Source: a virus
Lineage: Duplodnaviria; Caudoviricetes
Direction: 5' to 3' (one strand)
Virus record (IMG/VR): IMGVR_UViG_3300044580_000222
Location: 1-55,458 of that record
DNA length: 55,458 bases
How positions within the stretch are numbered: position 1 is the first letter of the stretch; each line of letters starts with the position of its first letter. The position numbers and the translations under genes were made by a program. Below are positions 36,600 through 45,534 of the stretch, one piece after another. The notes below the pieces were generated by a model. The model did no database searches. It saw only the letters and a list, made by a program, of their open reading frames with translations, and was not told where the DNA came from.

Positions 36600-38352
36600 T
36601 TCCTTTATGGATAATCGACATTCGAGTTTGGATAATAATTTGTATTTCAGGTCACATTTCATAGACGAACCATGTACAATCCGATACATTTCAGAGAGTT
36701 CTTCATTTTGTATAAATATATCCAACCCATCTTCAAAATCAGTGATTTTCATTCTTCTTGCTCCCATTCATCGTGATATTCCAAAACTCTCCTCCAAACG
36801 TCCATGAATGATACGTTGTATTTTTGCGCAGCGTGCTCCATACGATGACAGACATCTATGCAAACCGCATCTAATCCGGTGCAGGTCATTTAATCCACCC
36901 CCCCATTTAATTCATTTAATTGTTGAGGAGTCAACAATCTAGATATTTCATCAATCAATTTACTAGCCATCTGGCTATAATGCGGTGAATTAACAATCCG
37001 ATATAATTCTGGCAATTCTTCATCGGGTATATAAATTTGTAGCCCATCTTCCATTACAGTTATATTCATCTAATCCACCACCACAAGGATTCGGGCCGGG
37101 CCGTTGATAAACCGGGCAGTATGAATATCAATACCAGAGCACCCATATTCAGATTCGGGTAAATTTTTCCAAACCCGCGTATATGCAGTATTATCCAAAG
37201 GTATATCTACGAAAGTGACTTCATCCCGCTTAATCAGTTCTTTAACGAGTGATTCAGTCGTGGAGACACACATACATACCGGTTCAGTCATCTCATTTAC
37301 AACCGGGCATAATTCGTGTCTGCTCTTCAGTTCTGCTATGAGTTCTTCAGTTGTAAAACCTCTGATTGAAGCCTTCCTTGTTTTCTGCGATATCCATGAC
37401 ACATCCTCATTTTTGGTCATGTTTTATCACCATGTCCAAACGGGCACCATTCCGGAGTTGGTTTTGTCATATCCAGTATAGCCCACTTCTCGACAACATA
37501 TCCAGGCTCGTTATCTTCAGCCCAATCTATACCCTCACAAACCCACACATGGTCTTTATACGCTTTATTTGGACACCCGTGTTTACATCTTGGTGTCATA
37601 ACAAACACTCCTTCTTCAGTTCATCCACTAGTTCCCGCCGGATAGGACAATACCTTGAATTCAACACGAAATTGATAAACCCGTCTATCTCATCCGGCCT
37701 TAACCGGATTTGTAGTTCAGTAGAATTATTCAGTATCCTCATGCAGCACCGATATTGAAAATTGCGGTCTTGAAACATCCACGGAACATGACCAGTTCCC
37801 TCGTTTTACCCGGATAGTAGTCAACATATCATTACCTGGAAAAAGTCTGTTTTCAGCGATCTTAGCAACTTTTGCAGTTTTATATTTCCTGGCACGTTGA
37901 ATTGAATCCGTAAAAATCTCTTTTTCCTGCAACCAGAACGAATCCTGGTTTATCATCACTTTTTATCAAACACCCATCTTTTACCAACGGGCACAATGCT
38001 TCAAACGTGCTGTATTCAAACACACATTCACCACACCCTGATTCGTGTTTGCATTTGTGATATGAACCAGTATGTTTAGTGACATGCAGTTTCTTCCCTC
38101 TGTATGGACACTCTTCCACATCAACAATAATTTTAAATTTCATTTCTGCACCCACCAATACCCTCGACAAATCCAACACACGTCACCAATCGGAACACCC
38201 CCGGTCTTATCCGGTTTCTTGTATCCCCGTGCCTGGGGCGAGTGACACCGACCGGAATCAAACGAATACCAATCTCCATTCTCCTTTTTTCGCCATACCT
38301 CATGAACCCGGTTATGGTCACAGGTATCGCAAAACCGGTTATCTTCGGGCAT
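36600..38352 (-). other. cluster of short, coupled, often Cys-rich minus-strand hypothetical genes (e.g. 37070-37420, 37417-37608, 37596-37778, 37726-37959, 38140-38352)
   Basis: Chain of overlapping ORFs with GGTG/GGAG RBSs, opposite in orientation to the head operon. Confidence 0.55.
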
Positions 38353-38455
38353 CTATTGAGTCCTTCAGCACGATAGCAACATTTTTCCCAACCCATTCTT
38401 TCGGGAGGTATATCAGACCAACGCCATTGCATTTTCCAACTGTTTTTAATTTCAT
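38339..38455 (-). CDS. DUF2080-like small protein (MKLKTVGKCNGVGLIYLPKEWVGKNVAIVL...)
   Basis: IYLPKEWVGK.V motif; first gene of the minus-strand cluster. Confidence 0.7.
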   Translation of the reverse strand: MKLKTVGKCNGVGLIYLPKEWVGKNVAIVLKDSIDARR

Positions 38456-38674
38456 TTCAAAACCCCATACAGAAAAAAATTGTACGTCCATTAAATCTCT
38501 TTCAATACGACGGCCACTTCTTTTCCTATCCATTCCTTCGGAAGATAAATTCTCCCGCTTGTGTCTCCTTTTGACACGGTTTTTTTAACTAAAAAATATC
38601 CTTGGATATTGAATTGATGTACATCCATGTTTAACATAATTATGTATTTTATATACATTTAATGTTTATCATGA

Positions 38675-38693
38675 GCAAAAGTCACTTTTATAA
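38675..38693 (+). promoter_or_regulatory. putative late promoter (GCAAAAGTCACTT + TATA)
   Basis: 13-bp motif shared with 49007-49019; TATA about 25 nt before the ATG. Confidence 0.5.
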
Positions 38694-38714
38694 CTCTCGT
38701 TAAATTAGCCGGAT

Positions 38715-39818
38715 ATGGCAGAAACGGGTGAACCGGAGTATACAGTTCTGTCAAACTGTACGCTCCTGATGCTCAACCGGTGGGTCAGTTGTCAGACCGG
38801 CACCTGGTATTATCCGGAAGATGTTTTCTCAAAATCCGTGGACATCTGGAATGGAACCCCTATTGTATTCGGGCAGGTTCACCCGGACCCGAAACTGTTC
38901 AAAGCCGACCCCGAAGCAGCTCTGAAGGAAGTCGGTGGCGAGATTATCGGGTATATTTCAGATTCGCGAGTTGTCGTCGAAGGACATCCGAGACACGTTT
39001 GTGCAATGAACATTGACCCGGTAAAGGGGAGACAGGCCATTGACCTGTATTATGCAGGGCGGTTTGGAATATCCGGTTCTGAATTTTTTAACCAGTCTGA
39101 AGGGATTGTCACTGAAATCACCGAAGCAAGTCACGTATTAGTCTTTGAAGAGGATGGGTGGACAATGCCCGCAGATTTGGGAGCTGTAGCAGCAAAAACA
39201 TCAGTTCAATACGGGTTTTCCAATTCCCCGGCAGCAAAACAGGCTGCGGTCAGGAATACCAAAACCGATGACCTTGAACCATTATTCAACCGGTTCTTTG
39301 AGAAATTCAAAGGGCTTTTCTCAGGTTCCAGCGAGGTTCAGGCAGCGATGAAAGAACAAAAGCAGGAAACCGTTGAAATGAGCGAAACATCAGAAACCCA
39401 GGTTGCTGCACTGAACCAACAGATAGCAACTCTGGGAAATGAGAAGGCCACTATCCAGAGTCAGTATGACCAGCTCAATGCTGAATATTCCGCACTCAAG
39501 GAACAGGCTGAGAGAACCACCGCAAAACTCGAAGAACTCACCGCACAGATAACCGCACAGGAGACCGCACAGAAGGAAGCCGCGTTTACGGCATTCCTCG
39601 ACAAGCACGTTCCAATCGGTGAAAAGACTTCAGATGAACAGATTGCAAGTCTGAAGACTGCGTTCATGGAGAAAGACCCGGCACTCTTTGACAGAGTGGC
39701 TGAATGGAAGGAGAATGCTCTGAAAGCATCCACCAAGACCGGAACCAAGTTTGCAACCAAGACCGGGGATGAAAAACCGGTAAGACGGTATTCTGACCTG
39801 TTCCACAAGGGGGCTTGA
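38715..39818 (+). CDS. capsid maturation protease/scaffold fusion
   Basis: N-terminal globular domain (WNGTPIV..QVHP) plus C-terminal coiled coil; precedes the decoration protein and MCP. Confidence 0.7.
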   Translation: MAETGEPEYTVLSNCTLLMLNRWVSCQTGTWYYPEDVFSKSVDIWNGTPIVFGQVHPDPKLFKADPEAALKEVGGEIIGYISDSRVVVEGHPRHVCAMNIDPVKGRQAIDLYYAGRFGISGSEFFNQSEGIVTEITEASHVLVFEEDGWTMPADLGAVAAKTSVQYGFSNSPAAKQAAVRNTKTDDLEPLFNRFFEKFKGLFSGSSEVQAAMKEQKQETVEMSETSETQVAALNQQIATLGNEKATIQSQYDQLNAEYSALKEQAERTTAKLEELTAQITAQETAQKEAAFTAFLDKHVPIGEKTSDEQIASLKTAFMEKDPALFDRVAEWKENALKASTKTGTKFATKTGDEKPVRRYSDLFHKGA

Positions 39819-39823
39819 GATAA

Positions 39824-40345
39824 ATGGCAACTGTAAGCAATGCAATTGTGCAGGGCGGGAACGTTCCAATCACTGACCTGTCATGCCAGGTAGAGACTGC
39901 CACCGACATGTATCCTGGTCGTCTCTGCAAGAAGGGAACCGGAGACCGCGACCTGGTTGTAGCAACCGGAGGGAGTAACCCGGCCGGATGGCTCGGATAT
40001 GAACAGGCTGCACCGTCAGAACGTCCGGCAAACATGACCACGGCATATGCCGCTGATGATGTCCCTCCGGTTCTGAAGGGTGGAGGATTCATTATTCTGG
40101 CAACCCTGTCCACATCACAGACCGTCGCAAAGGATGATGCTCTTGTAGCCGACGCAGCAGGTCGGGTTAAGAAGGCAAGTTCCCTCGGAATTGTATCGGG
40201 TTCGACCAATGTGACATCCGCCGCAGCAAACGGAACCACAACCATCAGCGGTTCGGCTGGAACTGAACGTATTGTCGGGTATGCAGAGGAGTCCGTCACA
40301 ACCACCACCGCAACCGCAACTATCAGAGTAAGGAGTGTCATCTAA
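39824..40345 (+). CDS. head decoration/cement protein
   Basis: Ala/Gly/Thr-rich; between scaffold and MCP. Confidence 0.65.
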   Translation: MATVSNAIVQGGNVPITDLSCQVETATDMYPGRLCKKGTGDRDLVVATGGSNPAGWLGYEQAAPSERPANMTTAYAADDVPPVLKGGGFIILATLSTSQTVAKDDALVADAAGRVKKASSLGIVSGSTNVTSAAANGTTTISGSAGTERIVGYAEESVTTTTATATIRVRSVI

Positions 40346-40346
40346 A

Positions 40347-41252
40347 ATGGCTGACTCACAGTATACCACCGCAGAACTTGACCGGGCAATGGAATATCTG
40401 GATGCAAAACTGCACGAGACCCTTGCTCCAAAGATGCTCGGACGGCAGATTGTAGCTCAGGACCCGGATTGTGTCGGGGATGGAATATTCCGGGCACGTG
40501 TGCAGAAACTCATTGAAATGGGCGATGCTCTTGTTTCGTACAACTTCCCACGGGAAGGAGCAGCACGGGACAGAGTAGAGGTGCGAAGCCGTGAAGTTGA
40601 CCTTCCGGTTCTTTCAAAGCCATATATCATCGAGAAACAGGAGATGGAGGCGTTTCTGCGTCAGGGAACCAACCTTGAAGCAGCATCCGCCCGGTCTGCC
40701 GGTAAGGCAATCACCCGTCTTGAGAACCAGATGATTCTTCAGGGATGGAAGCCGGATGGAACCAACTACGAGGTAAAGGGTCTGTATCAGGCCGCTGCAC
40801 AGTCAGTCACTGATTCACTCGATTTCGGAACCTATGGCAATGCAGACAAGGCTGTCAATGCAGCTATCGCAAAACTCGAAAACAACTCTGTAGAGAGTTC
40901 TGCATACCATCTCATCTGCAATCCAACCCAGATGGCTGAACTTCGTATCTCTCGGAATTCCACCAGTGGAAACAAGGAGATTCCTGAAGTCATCGAGTCA
41001 CTGAACAACGGAAAGGAAAGTGGTCCGGGTTCAATCTTCAAGACCGACCTTCTGACTGCCGGAACTGCTATGGTCGTTCCGTATGACCCGACGATGGAGT
41101 ATTTCAGACTCCTGAACCCGCTGGAACTGACCACTGAACTCGGACAGGATTCAAAGGCTCCAAAGAGTTCTCCCGTATACGGAAACGTGTATGAGGTTCT
41201 CTATGTGGATGTCATTGATGAGAACGCCATCTGCAAACTGACCGGAGTATGA
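40347..41252 (+). CDS. major capsid protein (HK97 fold, encapsulin/linocin-like)
   Basis: About 300 aa; LP.LSK.Y.I, A....I...EN.MIL.G, GL; canonical position. Confidence 0.85.
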   Translation: MADSQYTTAELDRAMEYLDAKLHETLAPKMLGRQIVAQDPDCVGDGIFRARVQKLIEMGDALVSYNFPREGAARDRVEVRSREVDLPVLSKPYIIEKQEMEAFLRQGTNLEAASARSAGKAITRLENQMILQGWKPDGTNYEVKGLYQAAAQSVTDSLDFGTYGNADKAVNAAIAKLENNSVESSAYHLICNPTQMAELRISRNSTSGNKEIPEVIESLNNGKESGPGSIFKTDLLTAGTAMVVPYDPTMEYFRLLNPLELTTELGQDSKAPKSSPVYGNVYEVLYVDVIDENAICKLTGV

Positions 41253-41256
41253 GCAT

Positions 41257-41469
41257 ATGAAAGTGGAAGTGCAGTTTGGTCAGATATACCAGGGTGAACA
41301 GACCTGGCAGAAGGGGGATATCATGGAGGTATCAGAGGACCTTGCATACAAGCTTGGGTCCCAGGTAAAACCCTATACCGAACCCATTCCTGAACCTGTC
41401 AAGGAAGAACCGGTTCAGACTCACGGGAAACCGCAGTCTGGAAAGAAACCGGCAGAAAAGGAGGAATAA
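41257..41469 (+). CDS. small head-associated protein
   Basis: KGDI.EV motif plus low-complexity tail; follows MCP. Confidence 0.55.
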   Translation: MKVEVQFGQIYQGEQTWQKGDIMEVSEDLAYKLGSQVKPYTEPIPEPVKEEPVQTHGKPQSGKKPAEKEE

Positions 41470-41473
41470 ATAA

Positions 41474-41911
41474 ATGGCGGTCACAGCAGATACGATTCGT
41501 CTGATATCCCAGGGTGAATACACCGTTGGGACTTCTGGAACTATCACAGAAGCAGACTTTTCCACGTTTTTGCTGTGGGCCACCGGACAGTTTGACCTGG
41601 ATAACCCAGGGAATTCAACCCCTTCCATCTCTGACATGGCCGTTGGACTTCTTGTCTGTCATTACATTGACCGGGCAAAGAATGACCAGCATATCACGTC
41701 AGAAGATGCAGGAGACGGTTCAACCAGGTTTGATACATCCGGGTCAAACTGGATGAAATCATACCAGGAGATTATCTCGTCCCTGAAAACGAAAGCCGCA
41801 GAACTCCGGGCTAATCCCGGTCTGACTGTAAAACAACCGTCAACAGGAGTGACCCGCAAAGATGCGGGAAGTTCAGGTATCGGTATGGCAGCATCTTCAT
41901 TATCTGGTTAA
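41474..41911 (+). CDS. head-tail adaptor
   Basis: Position; A..LLVCHY motif. Confidence 0.6.
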   Translation: MAVTADTIRLISQGEYTVGTSGTITEADFSTFLLWATGQFDLDNPGNSTPSISDMAVGLLVCHYIDRAKNDQHITSEDAGDGSTRFDTSGSNWMKSYQEIISSLKTKAAELRANPGLTVKQPSTGVTRKDAGSSGIGMAASSLSG

Positions 41912-41915
41912 AAAT

Positions 41916-42263
41916 ATGGCTCGAAGGGCATCATTCTGTCATCTCTGCGATATCTCCAACCCAGGGGCTATCACTGGATACATCAATGGAAGACCGCAGT
42001 ATGGAGCAGTCATTACGACAAACGTTCCATGCCGGTTCTATTCCCTGAAAAGCCCGGTTCAGGAGACAGCATCCGGGGCTCACATCATCTCTCAATTACG
42101 GCTCCGGGTATACCTGGATACCAGTATAAGCGAAGATTCGACAATTGTTGGAAAGTCTGGAAGTTTCACCGGAACCTATTCGGTTGATTCCCTGCCTGAA
42201 ATTGTATATTCAAACAAGCATCCCGCCTGGATAGAATGCTCGTTAAAGGCGGTTGAATCATGA
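41916..42263 (+). CDS. head-closure (stopper) protein
   Basis: Position; beta-rich; NVPCRF motif. Confidence 0.6.
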   Translation: MARRASFCHLCDISNPGAITGYINGRPQYGAVITTNVPCRFYSLKSPVQETASGAHIISQLRLRVYLDTSISEDSTIVGKSGSFTGTYSVDSLPEIVYSNKHPAWIECSLKAVES

Positions 42264-42628
42264 TTACGGGATTGGATTCACTTCTTGTGAAACTAGAGAA
42301 CCTGAAACAGTTGCCCGTAAAAATGCAGCCTGCCGTTGACCAATGCCTTATTCAGATGGAAGGGTCAGCAAAACAGTATGCATCCGGTCCCAGGCCCGAA
42401 CGGATTGATAAGGTAACCGGATACCTGGTTGCCCATATCGAAGCACAACCATCTGAAGTTCATGGAACCATCATATCAGGGTCTGTTGATTGTGGGGCGG
42501 AATACGGGATACATCATGAGTATGGAACGTCCCGTCTCCCTGCCCGTCCGTTCATGGGTCCGGCCATGATAGAGAACGAGGAAGGGTGTGTGGAAAAACT
42601 GAATGAAGTTGTCAGGGGGCTGGTATGA
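42260..42628 (+). CDS. HK97 gp10-like tail completion protein
   Basis: ITGLD.L, TG.L, EYGT..LPARPFMGPA. Confidence 0.85.
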   Translation: MITGLDSLLVKLENLKQLPVKMQPAVDQCLIQMEGSAKQYASGPRPERIDKVTGYLVAHIEAQPSEVHGTIISGSVDCGAEYGIHHEYGTSRLPARPFMGPAMIENEEGCVEKLNEVVRGLV

Positions 42629-43029
42629 GTTCAGACCTCATCCGCGAAATCCTTCTGAATAACTCATCAGTATTCTCCCGTATCGGGTTCACGTGGGGAA
42701 CAAATAACAAGGAAATCCGGTGTTTCAGGTCATCTGCTCCAATGGGAACCGCAGCCCCGTATATCGTTTATCATGATGTCGGCGGGGTTGATGGAAACCC
42801 TGTTGGAAAAAGCCTGAAATTCCGGGTATTGTCTTGGGCTTCTGATGAATTATCCAGTAAAGCCCTGGCAAACGATGTCGAGACCGCGTTAAAGAACTTC
42901 TCTGGCAAGTCCGGGGATACCTGGATTGATGGGTTTGTTCTTGATTTCTTCAGTGATTCACACGAGGAGAAGGAGACCGGTCTCTGGTATAGTATCAGAA
43001 CATTCACGATGATTTATGGAGTTAATTAA
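42625..43029 (+). CDS. tail terminator (DUF3168-like)
   Basis: AP.G.A.PYIVY motif; position. Confidence 0.7.
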   Translation: MSSDLIREILLNNSSVFSRIGFTWGTNNKEIRCFRSSAPMGTAAPYIVYHDVGGVDGNPVGKSLKFRVLSWASDELSSKALANDVETALKNFSGKSGDTWIDGFVLDFFSDSHEEKETGLWYSIRTFTMIYGVN

Positions 43030-43031
43030 AA

Positions 43032-43976
43032 ATGGCACTTATCCATAACGAACAGCAGGAATCAGGTTCCATTTATTTCGGGAACTGTCTTCTGTTTGCA
43101 GGAAGATATACCGGGGCTGCATCAGATTTCTCATCCACCAATCTGATGAACCTCGGTTTAAAGCGTTCTGTTGAATACGAACCGGTAACGGAGACTATTC
43201 AACCGGAATTTGACGATGGAGAGTTCAATGATATCATTGATTCCGAAACCGTCCGGTTATCTGTTGAACTGACTGAAGTGGTCGCTGAAAAGATGGCTTT
43301 ACTATCAGGTGGAACTCAGTTTGTCCGGTATGTTCTCGGAACCCCGGTTGTCATGTCAACCGCGTATGACACAATTACGATGTCATCCACAAAGCCGGTT
43401 AGACTGGCAAACCGAAGTTATACCACATCAGCACCAGCTCTTGTTACCAGTATCACGGTGAAAGAGGATACTGACACCACCCCAGAAACATATGTGGCAG
43501 ACACGGATTATGTCATCTCCGGTCCAGACCTGATGGGATATACCACTATTACCCGGAAGAGCACGTCCACCAGCATTGTAGAGGGACAGAAGGTCCGGGT
43601 TGCATATACCTATACCCCTGCAAAGATTATTTCTCTCCGGCGTGGTGGTGCAACCGAAATTCAGCCGATTGTCCTTCGGCTTATCCATGTGAAGAGACTG
43701 GATAGCAGTAATCTCATCTATGGTCTGAAGGTTGATATCGTCAAGGCATATTTCAACAAAATGAGTGCCCTGTCTCTCACTTCTGACAAGGATAAGAAGT
43801 CGTCTTGGGGTATTCCATACGAATTCCTCGGAAAAGTGGATTCGTCCCGTCTGCTTGAGAACGGCCAGCTCGACCTGATTGATACCCTGAAGGGTGTTAC
43901 CCTGACCGACCTGAACATGCAGGGAATGGTTGACCTCGATCTTGCTATCCTGAAGAATGCAGCAGTAACCGTATAA
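43032..43976 (+). CDS. major tail (tube) protein
   Basis: Between terminator and chaperone; beta-rich with an Ig-like insert (Y..DTDY). Confidence 0.75.
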   Translation: MALIHNEQQESGSIYFGNCLLFAGRYTGAASDFSSTNLMNLGLKRSVEYEPVTETIQPEFDDGEFNDIIDSETVRLSVELTEVVAEKMALLSGGTQFVRYVLGTPVVMSTAYDTITMSSTKPVRLANRSYTTSAPALVTSITVKEDTDTTPETYVADTDYVISGPDLMGYTTITRKSTSTSIVEGQKVRVAYTYTPAKIISLRRGGATEIQPIVLRLIHVKRLDSSNLIYGLKVDIVKAYFNKMSALSLTSDKDKKSSWGIPYEFLGKVDSSRLLENGQLDLIDTLKGVTLTDLNMQGMVDLDLAILKNAAVTV

Positions 43977-43978
43977 TC

Positions 43979-44488
43979 ATGGATGCTTTAGAAAATTACG
44001 GGGCTATCCGGGGTGACTCCCGGCAGTTCCGTATCAATGACGAAATTTTTACTATTCGGAGAATCCCTGCTCGTATCCAGATGGATTTCCTGGCATGGCG
44101 GGTTGAAACTACCAGACCGGAGAAACCGAAGAATACTGAACAGGTGGATGAAAATATCGAATACCGGAACGATACCCGGAACGAATTTGAATTTCTGCTC
44201 GACTGTTGTGTGAATACCCTCAATTCCGCACGGACACAGGAACAGAAATCGCGGTTTGAAGTCTCCGTAGACTGGCTTTTGGACAACGTATCAGCCGATA
44301 TGTTCGAGAAACTTATCTATGAGGTGATGGCCCCTTTCTTAAACCGCCTCGAAGAAATAAAAGCAGAGGCCCAGGCGAAACTGGTGAAGATGCAGAAGGC
44401 GGCACTGGAACCGACGATGAGGGAGATGATTCAGGAGGAGATTCAGAAACACCTGAAGAAACCCTCCAATTCCTCTGCAAAGTCATAA
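43979..44488 (+). CDS. tail assembly chaperone (gpG-like)
   Basis: Follows the tail tube gene; contains a slippery site. Confidence 0.75.
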   Translation: MDALENYGAIRGDSRQFRINDEIFTIRRIPARIQMDFLAWRVETTRPEKPKNTEQVDENIEYRNDTRNEFEFLLDCCVNTLNSARTQEQKSRFEVSVDWLLDNVSADMFEKLIYEVMAPFLNRLEEIKAEAQAKLVKMQKAALEPTMREMIQEEIQKHLKKPSNSSAKS

Positions 44489-44718
44489 GGGAATTATGCT
44501 ACTTCAACTCATGGACCCCTGAATACTGCCTGGATTTAGACGTTCATGACCTGATAGAATACTGGTCTGTCTCAACTCATCAGTCGATTAAATATTCCGT
44601 CCTGTGTATGGGCGTGAATATTGATGAGAACAAGGAAGAGAAGAAACAGAAGAAGCGTGGCAAGTTCCCTGATAAAATGGCTTTGGCCCGGTATGGCATA
44701 GATTACGACTCAATTTAA
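44332..44718 (+). CDS. -1 frameshift extension of the tail chaperone (gpGT-like)
   Basis: C CCT TTC heptamer at 44332-44338 in the correct phase; -1 frame open 44323-44718 encoding ...ELCYFNSWTPEYCLDLDVHDL... Confidence 0.75.
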   Translation, partial: PFLKPPRRNKSRGPGETGEDAEGGTGTDDEGDDSGGDSETPEETLQFLCKVIRELCYFNSWTPEYCLDLDVHDLIEYWSVSTHQSIKYSVLCMGVNIDENKEEKKQKKRGKFPDKMALARYGIDYDSI

Positions 44719-44740
44719 CCTTCTTTTTTCAGAATTTAAA

Positions 44741-44783
44741 ATAATAAGTATTATATACTTATAGGTATAACTATAGTGTGTAA
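44741..44783 (+). promoter_or_regulatory. conserved 43-bp cassette promoter, copy 6
   Basis: ATAATAAGTATTATATACTTATA-GGTATA-ACTATAGT-GTGTAA; preceded by a T-tract. Confidence 0.85.
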
Positions 44784-44807
44784 CAACACAAAGGAGTGAA
44801 AAGAAAC

Positions 44808-45068
44808 GTGGCAAAACAATTAAGATACACCGGAAATGAAAACCCTGACGGAACCCTTGAATTTACATTCGTTCGTGGGAAAACACCTGCGAAATTTGAA
44901 TATAATGGTTACAATTGTGAAAAACAATGTCTGAACTGCGATGGAACCGGAACTGTATATGAACAGGATGTTTCAGGAATGGATAGGAATACAACCTGTC
45001 CATACTGTAATGGCACCGGTCATGTGGATGAGTCCACATATGATAAGATGTGGTCAGGGGAATGGTGA
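44808..45068 (+). CDS. DnaJ-type zinc-finger small protein (cassette gene)
   Basis: CLNCDGTG...CPYCNGTG. Confidence 0.7.
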   Translation: MAKQLRYTGNENPDGTLEFTFVRGKTPAKFEYNGYNCEKQCLNCDGTGTVYEQDVSGMDRNTTCPYCNGTGHVDESTYDKMWSGEW

Positions 45069-45073
45069 TACAA

Positions 45074-45214
45074 ATGACCGAACTGTGTCCAGATGATGTT
45101 CCCGGTTGCTGTGAATGTCCTTTACAGGGAACCCAGAACTGCCCATATTTGACTGAAGAAGAAACCGATTACTGGAACGATGGTGGAGTATACTGGAAAC
45201 AGGTATACGGATAA
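45074..45214 (+). CDS. tiny acidic Cys-rich protein (46 aa)
   Basis: GGTGA RBS; MTELCPDDVPGCCECP...; not in the track. Confidence 0.55.
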   Translation: MTELCPDDVPGCCECPLQGTQNCPYLTEEETDYWNDGGVYWKQVYG

Positions 45215-45237
45215 CAATTTTTTAGGTGATTGAAATA

Positions 45238-45420
45238 ATGAACCTGGATGATGAATTCATTACATACGTGGAAGATAATATCTGTCCACGGTGCAGCCTT
45301 GACCCTGACGAAACTTGTCCATACCGGAACTATCAGGAATGCCCGGATGTGATATCTTACCTGGAAGAGACTGAACGAGAGATGGAACGGCAGGATGAAG
45401 TGATGGGAGAGTGGTTCTGA
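45238..45420 (+). CDS. small acidic Cys-rich protein
   Basis: AGGTGA RBS; CPRC...CP...CP. Confidence 0.6.
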   Translation: MNLDDEFITYVEDNICPRCSLDPDETCPYRNYQECPDVISYLEETEREMERQDEVMGEWF

Positions 45421-45534
45421 TAATTGTTGAATGAATAATTCCAATATACTCGTACACACCCCTTTTACATCCCGGTCAGATAAAAGACCGGGAAATATTG
45501 GATATATTGTTATTCTGACTGAAAATACATCATA

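Noticed and set aside
40347-41252. Encapsulin nanocompartment
   Set aside because: It sits in the canonical portal-protease-decoration-MCP-neck order, so it is the viral major capsid protein.
23033-44783. 43-bp repeats as a dispersed CRISPR/mini-array or IS ends
   Set aside because: They are kilobases apart, all co-oriented, contain a TATA box at promoter distance from genes, and have no spacers, target-site duplications or transposase.
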